A DNA stretch of 64,000 nucleotides. Origin: a virus. The notes beneath the pieces were generated by a model, which did no database searches, was not told the origin of the DNA, and saw nothing but the letters and a program-made list of their open reading frames with translations. The position numbers were made by a program, and so were the translations under genes. The DNA lies in the IMG/VR virus record IMGVR_UViG_3300043395_004689, positions 39,159-103,158 of that record; one strand, written 5' to 3'. Of the stretch, positions 19,689-29,680 are shown in pieces; position 1 is the stretch's first letter, and each line of letters opens with the position of its first letter.

Positions 19689-20249
19689 ATGAACCTACAA
19701 GAATCATTGCAACAGTTTGTAGCACCGGTCTACGGCAAAACCAAACGCAGTTCAGCAACTTATAAGACTGTGGCCGAACATTGTCACCAGCATCTCATTG
19801 TGCTGAAAACAGAATATGCAACAACTCGCAATGATCAGCAAAAGCTTCGTGAGATTCGTAACGACATGGATTACTATCTTCGTCGGTATCACAAATACTG
19901 CATTGAAGAACGCGACGGCATGGATGCTCATTACCTTGAAATAGGGGCCGATAAGGATACAGATTTTGAACACTTAATTCCTGCGGCTCGCATCCGAGAC
20001 CTGTTGTTGGCTGGTGTGCTCAGTGTGGAGCAGGCCCTAAACGCTCCTACTGTTAAGCTTAGCCGAAGCAAGCACATGGCTCTTAAAGAAGCAGGCTGGG
20101 GCAGTCACACACCAGACATGTGGTTGCCATTTAAACGCTATAGCAAGGTGTTTGCAGGAAGTTACCAAACCCATGATGGAACCATGATAGATCCAGATAC
20201 TTGGACTTTGCAACAGCATTTTGAGTATTTTGCTCACTTGAAAATTTAA
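19689..20249 (+). CDS. Hypothetical protein
   Basis: DFEHLIP (His-Me nuclease-like motif, weak). Confidence 0.55.
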   Translation: MNLQESLQQFVAPVYGKTKRSSATYKTVAEHCHQHLIVLKTEYATTRNDQQKLREIRNDMDYYLRRYHKYCIEERDGMDAHYLEIGADKDTDFEHLIPAARIRDLLLAGVLSVEQALNAPTVKLSRSKHMALKEAGWGSHTPDMWLPFKRYSKVFAGSYQTHDGTMIDPDTWTLQQHFEYFAHLKI

Positions 20250-20271
20250 GCACTCTAGTGTATAATAAAAT

Positions 20272-20598
20272 ATGATTGATTATATTATTAGCACAGATTC
20301 AACAATTATAGAAGCATCCGCCCACGGCGGTAGTGGTGCTTATATCAGCGGTGCAGTTTATTGGGATTCAAACAGTCGCCAGTTCAAGGTTATTGATGGT
20401 AATGGTAATCCGCAGACATTGTCTGGTGGTACTGCCAACATCAGTGTTGGAACCAAGCTTCGAGAAATGATTGCCTGGTTTGAGCAAAAGCAATTTGAAG
20501 AAAAGCAACTGGCCGAACTCTGCAAGCAATATCCGAATCTTGCTGAAGCCAAAAGAGAATTTGATTCCATATACAATCTTGTCAAGGAGCACAAATGA
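20272..20598 (+). CDS. Hypothetical protein, probably leaderless
   Basis: TTGAAA(20238)-17-TATAAT(20261), ATG 5 nt later. Confidence 0.6.
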   Translation: MIDYIISTDSTIIEASAHGGSGAYISGAVYWDSNSRQFKVIDGNGNPQTLSGGTANISVGTKLREMIAWFEQKQFEEKQLAELCKQYPNLAEAKREFDSIYNLVKEHK

Positions 20599-20870
20599 TT
20601 ACTTTCACTACCGAAACAGCAGACGCCCGACGCGGCGTTATTCAAGAGCAGCTACGCGAACAGGTTTGTGTGGTAACCTTTACCAAGGTCGACGGCTCTC
20701 AACGAGAAATGCCGTGTACGCTAAAAGAATCGTTGTTACCGGTTTCTACTGCTATTGGAACCAAGACCAAGAAACCAAACCCAGGTGTCATGAGTGTATT
20801 TTGCACCGACAAGCAAGAGTGGCGCAGTTTTAGGTTGGAGAACGTTATCAACATTCGCCCGCAGGAGTAA
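20595..20870 (+). CDS. WYL-like SH3-fold protein
   Basis: VTFTKVDGSQREM.CTL...WRSFR. Confidence 0.8.
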   Translation: MITFTTETADARRGVIQEQLREQVCVVTFTKVDGSQREMPCTLKESLLPVSTAIGTKTKKPNPGVMSVFCTDKQEWRSFRLENVINIRPQE

Positions 20871-20874
20871 CCAA

Positions 20875-21186
20875 ATGTTTGAAGATAGCTTCAGCTTTTG
20901 GTTACTGATTATTGCTTTGTTTTCGCTTTGGATATGGGTTCGTCGTGTTCGACGCGAAGCAGAGGAATTGAGAACTGAGATGCAGAAGGTGCTTGATGCA
21001 ATTCTGTTTATGAAAATTGAAAACCATGGTGAAACTCTTTATGCTTATAATGCACTCACTGGAGAGTTTATTTGTCAAGGAAAAAACCTAGCTGAATTGA
21101 ATCAAGGGTTTGCTAAAAGATTCCCAAAGTCCAAAGGCGTAATTGTTGAGCCCATTGAAAAACTTGTTCCTCTCAAAGGAGAATAA
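20875..21186 (+). CDS. Small membrane protein
   Basis: AGGAG SD before ATG 20875; N-terminal TM; FICQG. Confidence 0.6.
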   Translation: MFEDSFSFWLLIIALFSLWIWVRRVRREAEELRTEMQKVLDAILFMKIENHGETLYAYNALTGEFICQGKNLAELNQGFAKRFPKSKGVIVEPIEKLVPLKGE

Positions 21187-21381
21187 ATGATTTACACAGT
21201 ATTTAAAATAGCAACATATGGAAGTAATCAGCTGCTCTTGGTCAAGAGCGGTGATGACCTTGCTGTATCTGTGTACAACGAGCATACTGGCAATACCTTG
21301 ATGAGGATGGTAGAAGCTAACCTAGATAATCTAGAAATAGCAATTTCCATTCTCAAAGAAACTGCCTGCGGAGATTCATAA
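21187..21381 (+). CDS. Hypothetical protein
   Basis: AGGAG SD, abutting neighbours. Confidence 0.55.
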   Translation: MIYTVFKIATYGSNQLLLVKSGDDLAVSVYNEHTGNTLMRMVEANLDNLEIAISILKETACGDS

Positions 21382-21711
21382 ATGGCTCGGCAATGGGTAG
21401 TTTTATTTGACACCCTAGGTGTTGATACCTTGCTTCCTTGGGATGATCTCAAAGGCGAAGACATGCTAACTGTGTTAGCAGGCAAGAAGCCCAAGGATTC
21501 AATTAATAAAAGAATCAACATGATGGTAGTCAGAGCGCAGGCCAATATTCAACGCTGGCCTGAAGTATGGGCATATGACACCAGCGAAGACTATGAAGAG
21601 CCTGTTATGCGACAGGCGTGGGAAGCCAATCCTCAGTACATGGCTGATTTGGTAAGAGAAAAGGGAACTAACCTTTTCAAACATCAAAGGCAAAAAGAAA
21701 TCATTGTTTAA
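21382..21711 (+). CDS. Hypothetical protein
   Basis: GGAG SD; RAQANIQR motif. Confidence 0.6.
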   Translation: MARQWVVLFDTLGVDTLLPWDDLKGEDMLTVLAGKKPKDSINKRINMMVVRAQANIQRWPEVWAYDTSEDYEEPVMRQAWEANPQYMADLVREKGTNLFKHQRQKEIIV

Positions 21712-21741
21712 GATTAAATAATTTATAGGAGGTATCAAAAT

Positions 21742-22443
21742 ATGTTTGGAGCAAATTACACACAACCAGGTGCAATGACCTGGCGTTCTGCGGAACAAAT
21801 TAACTCGGCTATGGCTCGTGTTTATGGTCACATGAGTTTGGCCGTGATTACCAGTATGATTGTAAGTTACCTTGTTGGCACCTCGCCGGCTTTGTTGGCT
21901 TTCTTCTTTACTGGCATAATGAAATGGATTGTAATCTTTGCACCGCTGGCAGCAGTTTTTGCCATTGTTTTCCTAATGGAAAAGGTTGGTAAGCAAGGTG
22001 CTCAGCTTATGCTACATGGCTTTGCGGCTCTAATGGGTCTCAGCTTTGCCACAATCTTTGCGGTGTTTACCATGGGCAGTATTGTCAGCGCATTTATGGG
22101 TGCTGCCATTTTGTTTATTGTAATGAGCGGGTATGGCTATTTTACCAAGTCCAGCCTTGACAGCATGGGCAAGTTCATGTTTGTTGGACTGATTGCAATC
22201 GTTATTGCCAGCATTGTAAATATCTTTATTGGCAGTACTGTAATGCAAATGGTTATCAGTGCTTTAGCTATTATCATCTTTCTAGGACTAACAGCCTACG
22301 ACACACAAAAGATTCGCGAAGAGCTCAGTGTGGAAGCAGATACAGGGTTGGCCGAAGTACGAGGTGCCTTGACATTGTACCTTGACTTTATCAACCTCTT
22401 TATTAATCTCTTACAACTGTTTGGCGTTAAGAATAACGACTGA
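21742..22443 (+). CDS. Bax inhibitor-1/YccA family membrane protein
   Basis: 7 TM; AYDTQKI, ALTLYLDFINLF. Confidence 0.93.
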   Translation: MFGANYTQPGAMTWRSAEQINSAMARVYGHMSLAVITSMIVSYLVGTSPALLAFFFTGIMKWIVIFAPLAAVFAIVFLMEKVGKQGAQLMLHGFAALMGLSFATIFAVFTMGSIVSAFMGAAILFIVMSGYGYFTKSSLDSMGKFMFVGLIAIVIASIVNIFIGSTVMQMVISALAIIIFLGLTAYDTQKIREELSVEADTGLAEVRGALTLYLDFINLFINLLQLFGVKNND

Positions 22444-22996
22444 CCGTTTCTGAGATAATCTTAGTTAACTCTGGGCTTTGTAGCACTTCATTGTGCCCGT
22501 AGTCCAGAGTTATTTCTTTTTCTTTGCTATGCAATTCTTGCTGACTGGCCACTGTGACCACACCATCGTTGGCACCTACACCAAACAAATCAAACCCGTG
22601 AGTGGTTATAACATTGGTCCAAGGAACTGCTGGATCAAGCAATCTGGTTTGTGTAGTCCAAGGTTCCATTCTGCTCAACATGTGTAACCAAGGAACATTA
22701 AGGTTGAACATTTTCCAAAAGCCAGCTTGGATAGATCCACCAAAGGGTGTGCCAACACTGATTCCATGCACAATCTTGTTGGGATTTCGATTTGCCAAGT
22801 GCCATGCGTAAAGACCACCCATGCTGTGACCTACTATGACACAGCGGTCAGGTAGTTCGTCTTCCATGGCTTTTAGATTAACTTCTGGATCTAGCATCAT
22901 GCTCCAAGTCAAACAGCGATGCGGATTGATTTTAGATCCGGCCCAGTTCCATGAAGTTTTGGAAGCATTGGCGCCGTGAATAAAAATTGTTTCCAT
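22427..22996 (-). CDS. Alpha/beta hydrolase
   Basis: IHG, GHSMGG, TPFGGS, NDGVV, GHNEVL. Confidence 0.85.
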   Translation of the reverse strand: METIFIHGANASKTSWNWAGSKINPHRCLTWSMMLDPEVNLKAMEDELPDRCVIVGHSMGGLYAWHLANRNPNKIVHGISVGTPFGGSIQAGFWKMFNLNVPWLHMLSRMEPWTTQTRLLDPAVPWTNVITTHGFDLFGVGANDGVVTVASQQELHSKEKEITLDYGHNEVLQSPELTKIISETVSRYS

Positions 22997-23030
22997 TGAC
23001 TTGCTCCTTATTTCTTGTTATACTTATATC

Positions 23031-23486
23031 ATGAAGCCAAAACATATCAAAGCCCACATGCAAACTGCCGAAAACTATGCTAGACTTAGCACAGCTCGCA
23101 GGCTTCAGGTCGGTGCGATACTTGTCAAGGATGATAGAATTATCAGCATTGGCTACAATGGCATGCCGGCGGGTTGGGATAATAATTGTGAAGAAGAGGT
23201 TGTTGTTGCCATAGTTGACGGGGTACCTCAAAGAGAAATCAAAGAACTCAAAACCAAACCTGAAGTGCTTCATGCCGAAGCCAACGCTATTGCCAAGGTA
23301 GCCCGCAGTCCAGAAAGTTCCGAAGGTGCTGTGTTGTTTGTCACTCATTCGCCATGCATGGAATGTGCCAAACTGGTTTTTCAAAGCGGAATAAAACAAG
23401 TTTTTTGGCGACATAATTACAGAAGCGATGATGGTTTAAATTTTCTGCGCCAAGCAGGCGTAACAACTAACAAGGTAGAAGAGTAA
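23031..23486 (+). CDS. dCMP deaminase
   Basis: GYNG, HAEANAI, SPCMEC; ATG 7 nt after TATACT of TTGACT(22996)-17-TATACT(23019). Confidence 0.92.
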   Translation: MKPKHIKAHMQTAENYARLSTARRLQVGAILVKDDRIISIGYNGMPAGWDNNCEEEVVVAIVDGVPQREIKELKTKPEVLHAEANAIAKVARSPESSEGAVLFVTHSPCMECAKLVFQSGIKQVFWRHNYRSDDGLNFLRQAGVTTNKVEE

Positions 23487-24322
23487 TGCGTAGCAACTAT
23501 TGGTCATGTAGCAAATTTGCAGACTGGCTTCGTGGCACTAAAAAGCTTGGAGCAGGTACATCTGAAGAATGGGATGACTGGACCAAACAGGCCAAGAGCA
23601 AGCATTCTGTTCGCTACTGGCTTGCAGAAGAAGGTTTAGATGCCGTACAAAACTTTATCAATTGGCCCATGGACAAATTAGACAACATTCGTTACTATGT
23701 TAACAATCGTTGGGTCAGTCATAGCCATCGCCTTACTGCACATCCTCGAGACATCAAACCTGGTCAATGGAGTGATGTAGGCAATCGTTTCCTGCCATGC
23801 CTTTTCAATGAGCTTGTGGATTTTGTTGAAATTGAACAAGCCTGGCATCACTGCCTATGGAGCGACGAAATGAAAACCAAGTATAATGTACCTTGGTATC
23901 GCAGTGGATGGTTGCGCTGGCGCACATGGCGCTGTCCAGAAGCTGGTATAGAATATCTGCAATGGGCTAGTACTCTTACCAACGAAGAATGGTTAGAAGA
24001 TCATGAGAAGCACAAAGCAGAACCGACCTATCAAGCTAAGGCTGCTAAGGAGATTATAGAACTTTATACTTGGTGGACTACTACCTATCGCAATCGACCA
24101 GATCCATATGAATCAAGCGGCTGGAGTGCTTACTGTGATGCTTGTCGTGCCGAAAACGGTGGAAGTCTTTGGGGTAGCTTAAAAGATACCAAGAATCCGG
24201 CTCTTAAGAAGCAAGGCGACAAGGCACTTAAATTACTTCGAAAAATTGAACTTGCCTACGAAAAAGAAGACGAAGCTATGATGATTCGCCTTATTAAGAT
24301 TCGACAGGCACTTTGGACCTAA
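23486..24322 (+). CDS. Conserved Trp-rich phage hypothetical protein
   Basis: 278 aa; LVDFVE.E, LYTWW, IRLIKIR..LWT. Confidence 0.7.
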   Translation: MRSNYWSCSKFADWLRGTKKLGAGTSEEWDDWTKQAKSKHSVRYWLAEEGLDAVQNFINWPMDKLDNIRYYVNNRWVSHSHRLTAHPRDIKPGQWSDVGNRFLPCLFNELVDFVEIEQAWHHCLWSDEMKTKYNVPWYRSGWLRWRTWRCPEAGIEYLQWASTLTNEEWLEDHEKHKAEPTYQAKAAKEIIELYTWWTTTYRNRPDPYESSGWSAYCDACRAENGGSLWGSLKDTKNPALKKQGDKALKLLRKIELAYEKEDEAMMIRLIKIRQALWT

Positions 24323-24346
24323 TATATTTGGAAAGCGAGAATACAA

Positions 24347-24568
24347 ATGACAATGCCCGATCAACGATACAGAGCCATGCTTGAGGGTATGAGACTGATT
24401 GAAGACCTATTGATTCCTCAGGCAACACCACGAGTTCCGGGTAGCATTAGAGAACGGGCTCGTTGGATTATGAGACATCACCCCAGTCAAAGCGAGCTTG
24501 AACATATGGCTACTCTTTGTCCTCAGATGTTGAGCACTTACGATTTTAATAAACAAAAAATTAAATGA
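24347..24568 (+). CDS. Hypothetical protein
   Basis: MTMPDQRYRA...TPRVP...RHHP. Confidence 0.65.
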   Translation: MTMPDQRYRAMLEGMRLIEDLLIPQATPRVPGSIRERARWIMRHHPSQSELEHMATLCPQMLSTYDFNKQKIK

Positions 24569-24575
24569 GTTAAAA

Positions 24576-24764
24576 ATGAGTACAGAAAACACATGGGTCT
24601 TAACTGTGCAAGAAGACCCTGAAACCGGTGATGCTATCTTAGAATTTCCTCCTGATCTCCTAGAAAAAGCAGGATGGAAAGAAGGCGATACCCTGAAGTG
24701 GACAGATCAGGGAGATGGCAGTTGGATGTTGACAAAGGCGGAAGTTACCGATGAACAAGGCTAA
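24576..24764 (+). CDS. AbrB/MazE-like small DNA-binding protein
   Basis: LEFPPDLLEKAGWKEGDTL. Confidence 0.7.
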   Translation: MSTENTWVLTVQEDPETGDAILEFPPDLLEKAGWKEGDTLKWTDQGDGSWMLTKAEVTDEQG

Positions 24765-25323
24765 TCCCGGAAATCACATTATGGTCGACCTTGAGACCTT
24801 GGGTACCAAGCCCAACAGTCTCATGCTTACAATAGGAGCCGTGCGTTTTAATCCGTGGAAAGATGATGCTGATCGCGACCTCGACAGCATGGATACATTT
24901 TACCGCCGAGTAAGTTTTGAAGGGTATGAAGGACTTGATCATGTCATTGATGACGCTACCTTAGAGTGGTGGGGTCAACAAAGCGACGAAGTACGAGAAG
25001 AAGCCTTTGCCGAAGACAACCGACATGACATTCGTGATGTGCTGGCTGACTTTCATCGTTGGTGCGGTGGTGTAGATGCTATCTGGGCCAATGGTACCGG
25101 CTTCGACCTTAATATCTTGGAACACTTTAGTCGAGAACTCAAGCGCGGTGTTGCTTGGAAGTATTGGCAGGCTCGAGACGCTCGCACACTCTATGCTTTG
25201 GTGCCCGGACTTGAACGACCCAAAGGTGCTGCTCACCATGCGCTATGGGACTGTTGGAGTCAGGTTGTTGGAGTACAGCGAGCATTTAAAGCATTAGGCA
25301 TTAATGAGTTAATTAATAGATAA
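24751..25323 (+). CDS. DEDDh 3'-5' exonuclease
   Basis: MVDLETLG, WANGTGFD, RDART, HHALWD. Confidence 0.88.
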   Translation: MNKANPGNHIMVDLETLGTKPNSLMLTIGAVRFNPWKDDADRDLDSMDTFYRRVSFEGYEGLDHVIDDATLEWWGQQSDEVREEAFAEDNRHDIRDVLADFHRWCGGVDAIWANGTGFDLNILEHFSRELKRGVAWKYWQARDARTLYALVPGLERPKGAAHHALWDCWSQVVGVQRAFKALGINELINR

Positions 25324-25347
25324 CATAGCGATAAATATGTTTCTAAC

Positions 25348-25391
25348 AGAGGTCTTTAGGCATTCATCCCTCTTTAAATATTCTGCATGCC
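25348..25391 (+). ncRNA. Candidate preQ1-I-like H-type pseudoknot in the queD leader
   Basis: P1 AGAGG(25348)/CCTCT(25369); loop GGCAT(25359) pairs ATGCC(25387); A/T-rich linker. Confidence 0.5.
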
Positions 25392-25411
25392 ATCTTTTAA
25401 AGGAGAAAGAG

Positions 25412-25951
25412 ATGGCAGATTTAAATAACGGTGACTTTAGTCACCACCCTTGGCGTTCAAGTAAGCAGTACAAGTACACATCAACCAAAGAGTATCACGA
25501 TGCGTTTCCTTGTGCATATCGACAGTGGCGAGCAGATAGTCATTGTAATCTAATTCACGGCTATAGTTTTAGCATGAAGTTTTATTTTGGCACAGACGAT
25601 CTTGATGTGCGTAATTGGGCCGCGGACTATGGTGGCCTCAAAGAACTTAAAAAGATCCTCGAAGATCAGTTTGATCATACACTTTTGGTAGCACAAGACG
25701 ATCCAGAGTTGGAAACCTTTAAGTTGTTGCAAGAAAAGAAAATGGCCAAACTAACCATATTGCCCCGACTGGGTTGTGAAGGACTTGCTGACATGCTCTA
25801 CAAGTATGTCAATGGAGTTTATATTCCTGATCTGTGGGGACCCGGAGAAGCAGCTCGTCTCTGGTGCTATCGAGTAGAAGTACGCGAAACACAGTCCAAC
25901 ATGGCTTTCCGTGAAGGCCATCGCGAGTGGAATGAAGAGTTGTTTACATAA
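25412..25951 (+). CDS. queD: 6-carboxy-tetrahydropterin synthase QueD (6-PTPS family)
   Basis: CNLIHGY, FDH, VEVRET; AAGGAG SD. Confidence 0.88.
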   Translation: MADLNNGDFSHHPWRSSKQYKYTSTKEYHDAFPCAYRQWRADSHCNLIHGYSFSMKFYFGTDDLDVRNWAADYGGLKELKKILEDQFDHTLLVAQDDPELETFKLLQEKKMAKLTILPRLGCEGLADMLYKYVNGVYIPDLWGPGEAARLWCYRVEVRETQSNMAFREGHREWNEELFT

Positions 25952-25972
25952 ATTAATCAAAGGAGATAATCA

Positions 25973-26587
25973 ATGCTAGATAAACTTTTACAGGGGGTAG
26001 ATCGCTCCCTAGCTTATAAGTTAATGGCTGCACATATTTTTATTATTGCTGTCAGTAACTATCTTGTTCAATTCAAGTTTAACATTGCTGGTCACCCACT
26101 CGCCGCCGCAGCCTTTACCTTTCCATTGGTAGTTGTTCTTACCGACCTTACTGTAAGAATGATTGGCAAGGAAACTGGGCGAGCAGTAATTAACCTTGCA
26201 TTTATTCCTGCAATTCTTGCTAGTATGCTAGTGGTCAAGCTTGGTGGCGCACCAGACTCAGTGGCATTTAGAATTGGTCTTGGATCAGGTGTTGCTTATT
26301 TTATCAGTAACCTACTTGATGTATATGTCTTCCAATACCTGCGTGAAAAGTACAGTACCTGGTGGATTGCGCCGGCTCTGAGTTGTGTGGTAAGCACATT
26401 CATTGACACCTATGTGTTTTTCTTTACAGCGTTTGCTTATGGCGCCAATGAGTTTATGGCTGCTAACTGGCACATTGTAGCAACCAATAATAGCTGGGCC
26501 AAGATTCTTGTTAGTCTTTTGGTCATACTTCCTTTCTATGGATTATTGCTAAATTGGCTCCAGAAAAGAATTTCCACCAATAGTTAA
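25973..26587 (+). CDS. yhhQ: Queuosine precursor transporter, VUT/YhhQ family
   Basis: SNYLVQ, FTFP...TDLTVR, LDV.VF, DT..FF..AF. Confidence 0.88.
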   Translation: MLDKLLQGVDRSLAYKLMAAHIFIIAVSNYLVQFKFNIAGHPLAAAAFTFPLVVVLTDLTVRMIGKETGRAVINLAFIPAILASMLVVKLGGAPDSVAFRIGLGSGVAYFISNLLDVYVFQYLREKYSTWWIAPALSCVVSTFIDTYVFFFTAFAYGANEFMAANWHIVATNNSWAKILVSLLVILPFYGLLLNWLQKRISTNS

Positions 26588-26851
26588 ATGAAACTATTAG
26601 CAACCAAGAGCTTCTCGCAAAGTTACAGTTACTACGATGGCCCAAAGCCTTCTAAAGTTTGGGTCATTGGAGTTGCTGATCCAGCTGGGTTTGAAATGTC
26701 GCAGGGCATCAGCCATGATGTGCTAGAAGAAGTATTCAAACACTCCGAAGACTGGGCCGGGTGGGGATTTGTAGAAGGTAAAGCTTGGTTGCTTTTTGCT
26801 ACAAAAAGCGATGCAATGTACGCAAAAATGATGTTTGGCGATGGAAAATAA
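26588..26851 (+). CDS. Hypothetical protein
   Basis: Abutting ORF. Confidence 0.5.
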   Translation: MKLLATKSFSQSYSYYDGPKPSKVWVIGVADPAGFEMSQGISHDVLEEVFKHSEDWAGWGFVEGKAWLLFATKSDAMYAKMMFGDGK

Positions 26852-27047
26852 AATAGAAAAATGGTTGAGTAAAAAAATCAAAGAAGAGGATGCCAGTAAT
26901 CCTTTGATTATAAGCGCACGGCATGACTTAGAATATCTAAATCAGCTAACTAAGAAAGAAGTCATAGCTTATGCTCGCGAGCACCAAATTTTGGTTAATT
27001 CTCGCAAGAAGAAAAATGAGCTAATTGACATTATTTTAAGGGCCTAA
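26835..27047 (+). CDS. Small protein with Rho-N/HeH-like motif
   Basis: LTKKEV..YAREH.I......KKNELI..I. Confidence 0.55.
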   Translation: MAMENKIEKWLSKKIKEEDASNPLIISARHDLEYLNQLTKKEVIAYAREHQILVNSRKKKNELIDIILRA

Positions 27048-27051
27048 CCAT

Positions 27052-27384
27052 ATGATAGAGATAACCGACTCAGCCAAGATCAAAATTCAAGACCTTTTGC
27101 TTGAGCAAAACAATCCCAAGTTAAACCTTCGTACTTTTGTGCAAGGCGGTGGTTGCAGTGGTATGGAATACGGATTTACCTTTGACGAAGAACAAGCAGA
27201 AGATGACTTTGAATTCACAATCAACAATTTTAAGGTACTAGTTGACTCAATGAGTATGCAGTACCTTCAGGGTGCTGTGATTGATTTCAAAGACGACCTA
27301 GATGGTGCTAGGTTTTCTATTTCCAATCCAAATGCACAATCAAGCTGCGGCTGTGGTAATAGCTTTGCACCATGTCATGACTAA
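27052..27384 (+). CDS. erpA: Fe-S cluster insertion protein ErpA/IscA
   Basis: [31 protein letters not shown]. Confidence 0.92.
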   Translation: MIEITDSAKIKIQDLLLEQNNPKLNLRTFVQGGGCSGMEYGFTFDEEQAEDDFEFTINNFKVLVDSMSMQYLQGAVIDFKDDLDGARFSISNPNAQSSCGCGNSFAPCHD

Positions 27385-27395
27385 CAGAGGATGTT

Positions 27396-27623
27396 ATGGA
27401 TCCACAATATTTGACAATGACTTTTGAACAATTGATGGAAAGGCAGAGGTTTATTGCTAAAAAATATAATGTTGCTCTTTCTGCTGGTGCTAATCCTGAA
27501 GTCATTAATCAAATGCTTTCACACATGGAAGCAATTAGACATGCCATGTGGGAACTAGGATATAAACAGCAGTTTGATTCCTCAAATAAAGAAGACCCCT
27601 TTGGTGATAGTATTGTCAACTAA
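27396..27623 (+). CDS. Hypothetical protein
   Basis: GAGG SD; 75 aa. Confidence 0.6.
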   Translation: MDPQYLTMTFEQLMERQRFIAKKYNVALSAGANPEVINQMLSHMEAIRHAMWELGYKQQFDSSNKEDPFGDSIVN

Positions 27624-27624
27624 T

Positions 27625-28101
27625 ATGCCGGCAACAAGTATCCAAGAACAAGACCTTATAGAGTTGCTCTATCAGGACAAAGCTGGCGCTTTGACCGCAG
27701 ATCATTCAACCTTAAACAGCTATTTGCAAGGCTGTGCTGAATTAGGGCAACCACCAGTGTTTAAAATTGAGGAACTTCCAGATTCTGTTGAAGAAGCTGT
27801 TGGCAAATGGTACATGCCCGAGCAATACCAAAACATCGATCTAGATTTATATTTTGCTCAACGGGTAGGCAGCATAGAAGAAGCAGAACGAGTGGCATTA
27901 GAGCTGTCCTTGTTTAGAGAACGCAACATGGAACAGTTGTTAAAATTTATGATTTATCTGGTAGATATTATGAAAGAAAATAAAATTGTGTGGGGAGTAG
28001 GCCGCGGCAGTTCGGTTAGCTCTTTTTTGTTATTCTTGGTCGGACTACACTCAGTTAATCCGATTAAGTATGAGTTAGATATTAGGGAGTTCATTAGATG
28101 A
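27625..28101 (+). CDS. dnaE: N-terminal fragment of a split DNA polymerase III alpha
   Basis: GVGRGSSVSS.LLFL.GL..VNPIKYEL matches the DnaE G.GRGS region; stops before the catalytic aspartates. Confidence 0.75.
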   Translation: MPATSIQEQDLIELLYQDKAGALTADHSTLNSYLQGCAELGQPPVFKIEELPDSVEEAVGKWYMPEQYQNIDLDLYFAQRVGSIEEAERVALELSLFRERNMEQLLKFMIYLVDIMKENKIVWGVGRGSSVSSFLLFLVGLHSVNPIKYELDIREFIR

Positions 28102-28532
28102 GCAAAAATTCAAGATACAAAACTCACCGTGGGTTAGAGTTTAACATGAGTGCCTTTATTGAGAAAAATGGAGACACTCGCGCTGTGGGTAATGCATCAA
28201 TGAATGCCCGCGGCGATATTATTGATCACCGGACCGGTGAAGTAAAGGTGCCTGCTAATAAAATTGCTCAGGCATCGGCTAACCTTTCCAACAACCAATC
28301 TAAAAAGGTTAGCCTAAAAGCTGACCAAACTATTACTCCAGTCAAGCGCGATGCACCAGCAGCCGATTCGACCATTAAGCCTGCTGTAGAACCCGTCGAG
28401 GTTCAAGCGCCTGCGGCTGACGCACCAACTGTTGTAAGCACTAGAAAAGTTGATACGCCAGACGGTCCTGCTACCGAATACGAGTACAGCGATGGTAGTA
28501 TGCAGGTAATTGCAGATTCGGAGAATCTCTAA
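28098..28532 (+). CDS. Conserved phage hypothetical protein
   Basis: AVGN..MNARGD motif. Confidence 0.65.
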   Translation: MSKNSRYKTHRGLEFNMSAFIEKNGDTRAVGNASMNARGDIIDHRTGEVKVPANKIAQASANLSNNQSKKVSLKADQTITPVKRDAPAADSTIKPAVEPVEVQAPAADAPTVVSTRKVDTPDGPATEYEYSDGSMQVIADSENL

Positions 28533-28533
28533 C

Positions 28534-28848
28534 ATGGCGCAAATGATTCGTCCTTTAAGAGAAAGAATTTTAGCAGAACTGCTAGGGCTTGGTGAAAAAA
28601 CAACAGCCAGTGGCATTATTCTAAAAGCCGAAGATGGAAAGGATCATGGTATTCGCGCTCGTTGGGCGCGAGTCAGGCTAGTCGGTGAAGGCATTGATTG
28701 GGTGCAGCCAGGACAGTATGTGCTTGTGTCACATGGCAGATGGAGCCGCCAGTTTGAATGCGAGCACGATGGTGAAAAACTAAAGTTAGTTCACCTAGAC
28801 AACAAAGAAGTACTGTTAGTCACTGATGATGAACCCAGCGACATATAA
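28534..28848 (+). CDS. groES: Co-chaperonin GroES
   Basis: IRPLRERIL, TASGIIL, VGEG, V.PG..VL. Confidence 0.85.
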   Translation: MAQMIRPLRERILAELLGLGEKTTASGIILKAEDGKDHGIRARWARVRLVGEGIDWVQPGQYVLVSHGRWSRQFECEHDGEKLKLVHLDNKEVLLVTDDEPSDI

Positions 28849-29624
28849 TGAATACTGTTATTATTAAATGCTTAACCTGTGGACGAAATTATTCGTCCAG
28901 CTGTGACTGGCAACAAGGTCGCTGCCCTCATCATCCATCTATGCTAGATCAAATACTAGCAGACTCGCATAAAACAAGATTTTTAACCCTCTTTAGAAAA
29001 CTCAAGGAGTTATTGTGCAGGAAGTCAGCCTAAGTTTGGTACTCAGTGAAATTCAAAAACTTGGCTACAACGCCACTGATCCGCGAATGGATGGATACTA
29101 CAACTGGGGACAAAAGCAAAAGCTCTACGAGATTCTCTGGGAAACTGAAAGGCAATTGAAAAAGTGTTCTTCATTTTCCATTGAAGAAGAATGGTTAAAT
29201 GAACGAAAACAAGATAAAATGTTAAAAACGCTACAAGGACAATAATGGAAATTCAACCTAAGGATCCTAGCAAGGGTCATTTTTATGTTAGCCTAATCAA
29301 AAGCGGGCTACGAATGATAGCAGGCAGCAGTATTGTTGCAGCCGGATATGTTATTCCTGGTGCTGGTTGGTTAGTTGCCGGCGGAGTATTATTAATTGGT
29401 GCAGAGATTCTAGGCGTCGTTGAGGAATTGGTATGAACACAATTGTATTGTCCAGACGACAAATTGAACAATTAGCCAAAATTGCCAAGCGATTTACGGA
29501 AACTGATACTTTTACCATTGAGTCAGAAAGTACCAGCGGCATTGGACCAAGTATAACAATTCGTTTTGACCTTTTTGAAAAAGCCGATACCAAAGTCGAC
29601 ATCACTGATGTCAGCAACTGGTAA
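28848..29624 (+). other. Four small hypothetical ORFs (28848-29033, 29015-29245, 29245-29436, 29433-29624)
   Basis: Overlapping stop/start codons; first has CxxC...C, third is hydrophobic. Confidence 0.55.
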
Positions 29625-29680
29625 AGCCAGTCATTGACTATTCAAACCTTATATCGTATAATTTACGATATGAATAACAG

